IMG/VR virus record: IMGVR_UViG_3300013137_000017
Span: 2,802-66,801 of that record
DNA from: a virus
Strand: one strand, 5' to 3'
DNA length: 64,000 nt
Shown: positions 20,701-32,700 of the stretch, piece by piece
How positions within the stretch are numbered: position 1 is the stretch's first letter
Layout of the letters: every line of letters starts with the position of its first letter
Program-made: the position numbers and the translations under genes
Notes under the pieces: model-generated
The model's database searches: none
What the model saw: the letters and a program-made list of their open reading frames with translations, nothing else
What the model was told of the DNA's origin: nothing

Positions 20701-23700
20701 CTCCACCAAGACCGGCATTTACCGTTGCAGCCTGTACTAACTTTGCAATCATCGCAAACGTCTCAGGGATAGCAACATCTTTTCCAAGAAAGGTAGATGA
20801 TCCGAAAAGTTCGGTTCTCTTTCCTTTTGGAATCGTAAACAGTGTTGTAAAAAAGTTGTTGAGATTAGCGAAATGACCTACAAGAACTTTTCCATCATAT
20901 ATTATACGATCATTCTCGACTATCTTTCCAAAATTACTAAATGGCCATAACAGATCCTGGGGCTTGTCTTCCGAAAGACTTTCGGCGAAATTTTCAAGAG
21001 TATCTGTTTCTAATGCTGTCAAGATAAAAGGATGGTTTTTATAGTTATTGTAGTATTCCTGTATCCCCCGAAAGAACATTATCTGATCTATATTTTCAGT
21101 GTCTATACTGGCATCATCTTTTATTGGATGATAGATAATATTTACGGAATCCCCATCATAATCTGAATTGTCAAGTTGGTTTCTTTCCGGAGAAAGATAT
21201 ATCAGATTTTCTGCATCATTGGCAAATGCAACAATCCTCCCCAATGATCCCATATTGCTATTCGTCGTAGGAATACGTACTATAAAAACATTTAATGCTT
21301 CATTGAATGCAAAATAATACCGTGACAAGTATGAAATTATGTGCTTTTTATTCAGCAACTTTCCTGACATTTCCAGAGTTCCTTCTTTGGCAGGATCTTT
21401 TTCCAATATATATTCTTCATATTTTCTTCTTAAAACACTTGCCATTTTTGAACCAAACGCCATATAAATATCATCGACAGAGATATCCGGATCTGCAAAT
21501 GCCTTGGATAATTCCTGATATATTTCGTCTGATGATGAACGTTGTGTTTTCAATCCACTGTCATAAAGAGAATAAACATCTTCCCCGATAACATAAGTCA
21601 TCGCTTCTTTAAGAGTAATATCTGGAGTAAGTCCGAATTTATCCATATGGTGAAAGGGAGCGATAACTTCTGCGGGCCGATATATTGCTTTTGGATTTTT
21701 ATCAAGTTCATCTCTTGATGTTATCTCACTTCCATCCTCTGTAACATATCCGTGAGGCATTATCATCCTATATCCTTCTACACTATCATTCTCCAAGTTT
21801 TCATCACTATTGGAAAGAACAGGTATAGATCTTCCGTTTTTTGTTTGAACCATCTTTATCTTTGTAAACGAAGGTGCCTGCACGTGAAATGCTCCTGGCA
21901 ATTTAAATCTCAAAGCACTTTCAGCATCATTATAAAACATTTGGATAGCAAAACTTCTTATCGCATTGATATCTACAGATGGATCATTGAGAAGTGACAG
22001 ATGTTTGCCAGCATAAGAAACATTCCTTCCCCGCCTTAAAGCATTTTTTCTTATATAATCAATAAGTTCTCCGCGCTTCATGGATTGAATCTTTGTAATC
22101 CACTTGTCTATATTCAATCTAATAGCATCAGTATATCGCTCGTTAATATCTTTATTATGATCAAATGTGCCAGTAACATGGATTACCTGTAAAGGCAAAG
22201 ATGTCTCTTCGCCAAAAGGATTTTGCCGCATCTTTGTCTGATGGCGCAAAGTATCATTACGAACCCATACGATATTCTCATCACTATTAAGCTCCATAGG
22301 AACTGTTACATTGTCAAGCGTTACATTCTCTCCTGTTCTGCTTTTTAAATCATTAACTTTTGTAACACCTGTTTTTACCGCAGAAGAAAACACTACATAA
22401 CCGACCATTTTTTTATTCCATCCCTCTGAATCTTGCTGAACATATCTGACAAGATTATCTATTGCCTGATAATATGGGACATTGTTAGCAAGCATCGTTT
22501 TGAGCATACTATAAAGCTCATCCCCAATCATCATACGAGTCATCTCCTGATAAAAAGAACTATTTTTAAATTGGGATTCAGGAATAGGATATTGATTATA
22601 TTTGTGAAATATTTCTGTTTCGTATCTATGTGAATAATAGTTGTTGACATTCTTTTTACTTCCAATACCTAATGTTCCGGCAGAAGCGGCAGAAGCAAGA
22701 AATAACATTCTATCGTATATCGGATTCATAATAGATAATCCATCTGTAAGTTTAATTTCCTTCTTGCCAAAAAGGGTGTTAAGACCGACAACATCCTTAA
22801 GATACACAACCCTCGATTCTTTAGGAAGTACATCGAGTATTGCTGAATACCTATCATCTTCATTTATCGTTGCATACTTATCTCCAGGTGCTACCGGCCC
22901 GGTTCCACGTTTTATAAAATCTATAAAATTCTTATAGCCATATACCGGCCCACGAACAAGTGGCGTAACCATTTCATTAATAAAATAATGATTCCAATAA
23001 ATTGCTTCAAGCAAAGGATGATAGGTGGTATTTTCTTCTTTTACCTGTTTGTACCCATTATTTTTCATCTCTTTGCCTATCAAGAGGAAAAAGTCATCAC
23101 GTATCTCATTGGAAGCTGTAACTGCATTGCTAAGAGAATATATCTTACTCAGTAATTCTTTCGTTTCTTCTTCTTTTCCTAATTTTAAAAGTTTCTTCCT
23201 TTGTGCCTGTAACTCTTTTAATCTATCACGATAATTCTGAACATCCTGTTCATACTTCCTGAAAAACTCACCTAATGTTTTTGATGAATTTAGAGTTTCT
23301 TCTTCGATTCCTATCCTATCTTGCGGAGTAAGACTATTCTTAAATTTATCAGTTAACTCAAAAGTATCAAACAATGATACTTCAAACGCAGACAGGTTAT
23401 GTGCTGAATCTGCTATCTTTTGCAAGGAAAGATTAATATGTTGACTAAAGGCAGCATAAATTGCTTTATCTGCTTCAAGAGTGCTCATATCACGCAATTT
23501 CGTAATATTGATATCAGCTATAGGATTATCCGTTTGTGTGATAGCATTCCCAGGGAGTATTGTTCCATTCTTGATAATATAGTCACGATAAAGAACAAGA
23601 TCTTTCAATTCTTTCTTACCGCTTTTATAAGCATTCCAGTTCTCTTTAGAATACTTTTTAAGATCCTCATAATACCTTTTGATTATTTCGAGTTGATCAA

Positions 23701-26700
23701 TAAGAACGCTTGTACTTATCTGAAGTGTCCTTAACCGATTGAATGTTTCAAAATATTTTTTATCAACAAGGCTTACATCTTTTCCATTTTTCTGATAGAA
23801 GAATCTTGGAAAGTTTGGATATATAGCTCTGTCAGAGAATGTCTCAAGAATAGCGAACCCGGCAGACATCTCTTTGGTATACAGAATCTCTTCCAATGAC
23901 TTTTCAATAAGAACCTGATACTTATCTGCATCGGACATATTTTCAAATTTAACACCTTTCAGCGGGGCAGTGATACCGTCTATTGTAGACATTATCCGGT
24001 CGAACTTAATATTATTCGCCAAAAGCATATTATTTTTGTTATTCAATAAAACACCGCCTTCTTCTTGTATCTTCTTGAGTATTCTTTTGACAATGATATT
24101 TGAACCATCATAATTCATTTGTCCTACAGTCGCAAAAAGATCGAACAATGTCGAAGAACGATTTACTTTAAAAGAGATATTGTTTTCGACATTACGTGTT
24201 GCGTCTGTTGAATTCTTGCTGTAATTATATTCCGTAGCATCCGCAATTTTACCGAGAAATTTAAACTGATCCGGAGGAGATGGATATGCAACTCTCTCTG
24301 TGGTATTATCTATGTTATAGATCGTATTAATACTATATGTAGGATGATCTGAATTATCTTTATAGTAATTCATCAATATTGTCCACAAGCCATTTGTTAT
24401 CTTATCCTCATTTAATTTTTGATGTATCAACTCTTTGTTAAGTTCATCTGTTACCATTTTATCAACAGCATCAGATAACATTATGTTGACCTTTACGGAA
24501 AGCATCATGTAATATAATCCCTGTCCTATCTCTTTATAACTGCCTAATAGATTTTCATCATGCAGAGTTTTTATCTGCTCAGGATATATGAAAATTCCAA
24601 GAAAGTCAAAAAGATCCTTCGCATTAGTCACTGTAATATCGAAAACTCCTTTTTCAAGAATCTGTTTTCCGGTACGTGTATTGACAATTCCATCAGCACT
24701 GACTTCAAACCATTGTCTTTCGCCTGGATTCAACTTCTGCCTGACGAGATCATTTATCCTTGTTCCACTTGCATCCATAAGTTTTATACCAATGGAATTC
24801 TTTATATTACTTCTTGCCCCGCTTCTATGCAGATCCTTATATTCCGTAGTCTCGATCCTTCCCATAGTGGACACTGTGAATTTAAGTGCCTCTTTTTCAT
24901 ACAGAGATTCATAATGATTCATCAGCGCATTCAACAAATTCCAGAAACTAAAAATCTTTTCCATATAATCCGCCTCATCCATACCTGTTTTATCGATATA
25001 GGCACGCATATAATTTCGTTTGATAGGATCAATAAAATCATCGACCAGTTTAAGCATTCCGATTCCTTCAAACATCCATGATGTCCTGTTATTGATCTTA
25101 TTCTTTGCTATAAGACTATCCGCATTGGTATATATTGCTTCATCGCCTATCTCAAACAAGAAACTCTGCAAGAGATTTTTTTCGTTTCCAGTAGGTAAGG
25201 ATTTTTTCAACATTCGAAGTTCATTCATCCATGCATCGAAAGTAAGTTCTTCTCCTCTATTCAGTATTTTCTGAACGCTGCGCAAGAGCATTTTATCAAG
25301 TACTGCCGTTTCGCAAAAGCCATGCTTAAGTCTTTTATTTTCATCGTATTTCTTCCATATACCATCTGCAGATACTTTCCATTTTGGGATTGTATTCAAT
25401 ACGATATTTACTATAAAACTCCTATTCCCAACATGGTTCGTATCATTGAAATCTCCAGCCTGAAGTTTAAATATAGTCTTTGTATATTCGTCAAACGTAA
25501 GTCCTTCACTTTTTATTAACTTGTCCAGACGGATATTTCCGAAGATATCCTGCATCATTGAAAAGAACAACGTCTTGTTAGAGACCATATGAATAATCTC
25601 GTATTGACGAAGGATCTTTTCATTTGAGATTCTGAATTCTCCCGATTTCGTTCTGGCCATCTGCATAAGATCATATTGCTCAGGAGTAATATGTGAAATA
25701 AATACATCTTCAGTTCGTATTCCGTCAACACTATTTGGATCAAAAAGATATATTGTTTTACGGTTTTTTTCATTATATACTATGTCCGTAAGTCTTTCAC
25801 CCTGTTCATCAGCAACTACATTTGCTGACTGTATCTTTCCTTCATTTAATATTTTCTCCCTGATAACAAGGAGATCTTCATACATCTTTGTGACTGTAAT
25901 CCATGCAGGATCTACTCCCTGAGCCATATCTTTACTCCATTCAGAATAATGCTTTATAAACATAGGAGCAAGTAATTCTCCTTTAATCCTGTTAATATTT
26001 TCCTGCGTCTTAAATATCTCTGTAAGTTTTTCATGTACCTCAGGAGAATTATATTCATTTTCTATTGGCATAAGATATTCAGAAGTAAAATTGCTTAAGT
26101 TCTGAAACTGGTGATCTCTGAATACACCTCTGTCCGCGTCATAAAGAACATTAACCATTGAATATTCTTTTCCACGAATCCTATTTATAACCATTGTAAT
26201 CCAGTCAAGGATTCTTTTTACAAATCCAGAAATCCCTCTTCCCCGATATGATTTATCCTGGAAGATAGATGCTATATATTCTATGGCCTGTTTATCCGTT
26301 ATTTCAGTTACATCAACAGCACGTCCAATTTTTACAATATGTTGTTTTATATCGGCTAATAATTGTTCACGTGCTTCCGCAGTAATAACATATTCCGTGA
26401 TGATATGCATGGATTCATGCCGACCTGCGTATGGATTTACCATTCCATTATGCTCTGAAAGACTTATAAAGGCTTGTAACACCATTCCGTAAAATTGTCT
26501 CGAAGCCGGCATTTCCATAATTCGATTCATATCAACAAAATCAACATTCTTAAAACTTACGCCAAGAATATCTCTTATCTGATCCAAAGCAACTTCCTTA
26601 TCAACAAAATTATCTGTTAAGACTCCATCACTTCCAACAGGCATAAGCCATGAATCTTTTTCTTCGTCAACAGACGCAACTCCAGGTCTTTCATCGGGAA

Positions 26701-29700
26701 TTGAAAGATAAAATGACTTTTGACTCAATCCGTAGGTCTTTGTAACAATGTTCTCCGTTATGAACTGTCCTTTATGTCCAGTCCATGCAGCTTTTCGCAT
26801 CGGTTGGTTTTTAAGATTAAGAGTATCTTTCATCTTAAGGATCTCTTTCAACACGAATAGTATTGCTTTTGATTTAGCTTCAACAGTAGTGATAGGATTC
26901 CCACTTTTATCTGTTAATGATCCGTATGTTGAAATGTTCAAGAATCCTTTCTGGTTAAAATATATCAATTTTGAGAATTCAGGATATCTTTTAAAAAACG
27001 CTTCATTAATCGTGATGAAGTTATACGCCTGGGTTTCTTCGTAAATAGCATATGCCTGTTTCAATGCTTCATCCAACTCTTTTTCTGAACGTTCTTCTTC
27101 CGGAAGCATCAGTAACTTCTCGGCAACAGATAGTTTTTGACGAAACTCCAACGAATTTATAGTTTCTTCAAATTCACGAATTATGTCCGTGACATAACCT
27201 GACAGACTTTCAGCATCAAATAACGGAGCGGCATCAAGAAGTATCTCAGAACCATTCTTTTCATTATTCCACGATAACTTTGCTATAAATCTTTTTCTTC
27301 CATTTATCTTTGGAATTTTTACAAGCCTTGACTCAATTGGATGAACACGAAACCCATAACGTTCAGCGTTACTTAATAGTTGATCCCATGTAATGGCTTC
27401 ATCATCTGAAAATTTATTAAGAGCATTACCTTCTGTTATCTTCTTTATCTCAACAAATACTTCCTCACCACCTATCAATTGGCGCAATAATTTCAATCGA
27501 TACACATTAAGGTCAATCAATATATCCCTGAATTTCTTATCAGAGATAAAAGCTCCGTTATTACGGAAAAATGCTTCCAATTCATCCGTGGTATAATTCT
27601 TTTTTCCATCAACATAATCTCTCAATTCAGAAAATTTATCTAATGCCCGAACAGTTTTTCCTTTATCTTCTTTTGAACTGAAATCAAATTCAGGTTCTGA
27701 ATCGATGGATATATAGTGTAGTCCTTGTGCTTCCATCCATTCTTTTGTAACAGCCTTTGCTGCTTGTTCGCCAGAGACTCTTTTGATCTCTTTTTTGACA
27801 TCTTTCATAATACCCTCAAAAAAAGCATCCATTTTATCTTGAGGAATCATATTGATGATTACATTGCTAAATTTTGTTTCATTTCTATTAACGACACCGG
27901 TAACTGGATTAACAACAATCGCGTTTATTGATTCAAAATACTTTTTTTGAAGTATAGTGCCTGGCATAAGCCGTCTATTGATTATCTTTCTTACGTTTAC
28001 AAGTGCACTATCCTTAGCATAGAAATCATTTTCGTTATATGGAATTCCATATTTCGTTGTTGTCAATGGAAACAGATATACCGCGCCAGAACTATAAAGT
28101 ATGTTGTTATTTGAAAATTCATGTGCTGTCTCCACAAACTTATTGAATAATCTGAATTTCGACTGGTAGAAATATTGGTTTTGGAATTCTTCAACTGTCA
28201 GTGGATCTTCATATCCATCAAGATATACATGATAAATCATTTTCGATTCTTCATAGATAGCTGTAACATTTTTTATGATTGCCATCTGACCGGTATTCAT
28301 ATTCACCCATGTAGTGTTATAATACATATCAGATCCCGGAAACAATTCATCAACATTCTCATCAGGGATAATTCTTTCATTTTGATAAAATTCTTCTTCA
28401 CTTACAAGAGGAGTTGTCGCTTCTGTCCCAATCCGTTCAAATCCATCTTTTATGTATTTCGTTTTCATATCATCAGAAAGAGTCATAGGCACTCCCCATG
28501 AAAAGGCAAATCCAGGTTTTGACTCATAATTAAAAACATTGATATTATTAATCTTATATCCCTGTTCAAGTAAAATAGCGGCATATGTTCCAAGTTTTCT
28601 TGCATCAAGATCAAGAATAGTATTCTTTCTATTATTTATTTCGAGATCATAGATATCCACTATTGGTGAGACTTTCCCATCCTGGTATGTATATCCGACG
28701 ATATTAATTAAAAACGGATGCCCATATGTCCCATCTTTTGATTTTATCTCTGGCAGAAGTACAGATAATTTTGACTTTACAAGACTTATCATCTGTGGAT
28801 CAGTAGTAATTGATTTAATCATCGATTTAGCAAAAGCTATCGGATTATCAATTCGCATTTTTTCAGATACAATGACTTTATTTAATTCTTCAACCGCGCT
28901 AACGACTTCTTCTAATGGGTGATTTTTGTTATCAATAATGGATAAAATCGCTTTTTGAAATACTTGCGAAAATCTGGCATTATAGTTCATCCTATCAGTT
29001 TCATCTTCAGGAAGTATTCCTTCCTCAACTGCTTCCTGATGTATGATCGCTGTAACTCTGGATTCTTGTTCTTCGCCAGTGTGTGGTTTTTTTAAACTAT
29101 CCAGAAATTCTTTGGTCTTTTGATATACATCTTTTTCATTATTGACATTTGTATTACGATTAAAATCATAGTTCTCCTCTCCTTTTGGAACTTTTAAAAG
29201 ATATTCATCTCCAGGAGCAACTTCACGAAGAGTTGCTATATAATTCATCATATCGTTAAGATTCATCGTAGGTTCAATTTCGCTGAATCTTTGTATATTT
29301 CCAGCTATAGATTTCACCGTTGAGACAATAGCCACATACGCATTAGATCCTTGTGCTCTTCCCAAAGTAGTTATAAGTATTCTTTTAGCACTACTATTTC
29401 CTACACGATTTCCAGGATAGATTTTTTTATTTCCTTCATCGAAGACATTTGTATAAAGAAATACACTCTCATGTCCTTCTCCTGAAAACCATCGTTTGCT
29501 ATCAGAAGGATCTTTCACGCATGTCCTTATGCTGGATTCATAATCTTTCACTTCAGGATATTTCTCTAATACGTACTCCATCTCTTCCTTGTCAAATACT
29601 ACAAGTATAGAATCCTGAGGCCCCTGACCAGGAAGTTTTTTCCTATCCAGAAAGTCAGCAATAAGCTCTTGTTGACTTTGATGTGAATATATTCCAAAGC

Positions 29701-32700
29701 GTACTCCATCTTCTGTGTCATAAATTAATTCACCAACATCAATCATTTCGTTTGAATTACTCGACCTGATTTTTGCCAGTGTAGAATGCATTGTACGGAT
29801 GCCGCTACGAAATATCGTTACCATCGGAAGCAACCTCATTCCCAATTGATCTATATATGATCCAAAAGCATCTGAATCTTCAAAATTTGGAAGTTGTTCT
29901 GAATCTCCGATCATAAAAAATGTCATGCCCTTATTTTCTGAGACAGCTTTTGAAATTCTTCTATTAATGATTTGCTGTTCTTTTATACTCCATGCTGATG
30001 CTTCTTCAACGACGACATAATCATACTTTTCTTTTATATTATTTTTGATAAAATCACTTTCTTTTATTATCGTGAATTTGCTATCACTAAGCAAACCACC
30101 CATACTTTTAGATAGGCTTTCATAATTATCTTGATAAAATTGATTTGGAACTACCACAAGTACATTCTGAAATTTTCCAGTAAGTTCTTTTCTTGTTCCT
30201 GCAATATCGATTGCTGCCTGTGTTGACTTTCCCACACCGGTATATCCACGGATAACAACAGTATTTGGCATAAGTGTTTTACTTACATCTTTCCGTGTTT
30301 TTGCGATAAATTCATTACCAGGAGATAAACTATATATTACAGCTTGAATAATTATTTCCTGTTGTTCATAGGAAGAAGGAAATATAAATGGAAGACCTAT
30401 CTTTCCTAATTTGTGTTTTTGATAGAAATCTCTATATGCTTGTCTTACTTCTTTGTACGAAAACTTCGTTCCTTTTCCTGTTTCTCCCAATGTATTAATC
30501 AGATGAAGCATATTAAGTGTATAGTAAAAGAACAGTTGCCTGGAGGTTGTAAGTGGGGCATTTTTTATTCCATATGTTGCTTTGCCTTCTTCATAATTCT
30601 CCACTGTAAGGACTCCTCCAAATCCATCAGAGGTATTCATATCAACAATAAGTTTGTCAGTAAATTCGGAGAACCATGCATACCCGGTCATAGGCCAGTT
30701 TTTAATCACTTCTTCTTCGATATCTTTCAGCTTGCCAGATAATGTATCTGTTGTCGCCACAAGATGTTTTTCAAGCTCCGTGATGATTTTTAATTCCATC
30801 TCGTCTCTTGTAGTCTTTGTTGCATTTTGATACTTCATCCATATCTGACGGATATGTGTTGCTGCATCGTCCTTTTCTACATTTTTAGCAAGAAATGACT
30901 GAAGATCTGTTATTGCTTTTGCAAATTCCGGGATATCTTTATCCTTTTCAAAGATAAACCGCAGAAAAGAATACTGCATTTCCATATGTTGCAGTTTAAC
31001 CCTTATCTTTTCCATAGAACGGATCCGTTCGTCATTCTCTGCAGCAATAATAATTGATCTTAATTGAGATTTTATTTCAGTTATATTGTTATTAATCCTA
31101 TTAATTTCTATATCAGTAAGGCGGAATTCATTATTCCATAGCTTTGTGTGTTCAATAGCCTGAGGGTTAGATTCTACATTATCCTGGAAAAATGTCTTAT
31201 TCATATTTATAGCAAGTTCTACGGCACGAACCCTTTTATAGAACTCATTAGCTTTTTTAAGAACATCAACTGGATTATTGAGAACAGTTGTTCCAATTAT
31301 CTCATTATCCGAAAGAAATTTCCAAAGCATATCTTCCGAAACCTTTGTATTTGTACGAATTCCGAGTCTATCTACAATACTTTTTATGATATCTACTCGT
31401 ACATTTGGATCTTGTCCAAGCAATTCAGTGACAGTTGTAATCTTATTTTTCTTTCCTGTTTCAACATTCAAAATAGAACCAATACTTTCCTGTATTTTAC
31501 GAAGTTCTACAAGAGATGCACCTGATTCCACTGCAGATATTTCATCACCATCTTTTATCTGTTCTTTAAAGGCTATTCTTTGATTATTTATTGCTTCTAT
31601 GTGACGTTCTATTCTATCTTTTAGAGTCTTCTGTTGGTCAGTAGTAAAACTCTCGGATGTAGTATTATTAAGACTTTCACTAAGTTGTGAAATTAAACCT
31701 GAAATGTTTTCTTTAGTACTGCTTAATGACTTCTTATTTGTTAGCATGTCAGGAATTAAGCCAATCGCCTCATCAATATGTTGCATAACACGTTCAAATC
31801 CTACTGGCCCACTTTCAGATAAAATATCAAATGACCTATCTTCCATAGGTTTTGTAATCTCTTGATTATACTTATCTATCTTTGCCTTGAAATTTCTATC
31901 AAGATGATTAATAAATGAGTTTCTATCTTCAAAGTCGTAAAGTTTTAAGGCATCTATTACGTGAGAAAATATACCAGTTGCTTCTCCCAGTGTAAGGCTT
32001 TTATTAAATTTTTCAAGATATTCATTGGTGATTTTTTTAACTTCATCACCATAATTTTCATCATCTATTCTCATTTTCGTGCGTACATCAAGGATCGCCT
32101 GATCTTCTGCCTGGCGACTCATAGCATCTTTTATCGCTTCAAATTGCAAGAACAGATTTGTATAAGCAAGACTTTTCTTTGGATGTAAAAGGCTTCCATT
32201 CTTGTCATAAATAACATCCGTCTTTGGCTCGATGATATCTCTCATCTTTTTTACATACTCTTCTCTTTCTTCTTTAAGCTCTTCTTTTGTTTCGGTGCCA
32301 TCAACAACAGGTTCTTTCGAAAATGAAACAGATTTTGGAGTAACCTTTTTTCCATTCGCCAATTCTTCAAGAGAAGCATCAATATGATCTATTACTTCCC
32401 CGCTTTTAACAGCACTATCTATCAAAGATGGTATTCCATCTGTTGCCAATGCGACCTGTGGACTATTTAACCCATATTTCTGTATTACGCCAACACGTAT
32501 GTCGAGATCATCAAGAAACATAGATACAAGTTCTCCGGCTTGTGAATTAGCTACGGTACCATCCTTTATCACCTCACCAGCAGTAGTCATATAATTCTTT
32601 CCAATCTCTCCTTTTTGTACCATGGTAGTAAGTTCCTTCTCTACACTTACACGAAGTGCCGGATTATCCGCTACCATTCTTGCGAACATACTAAATTGCA

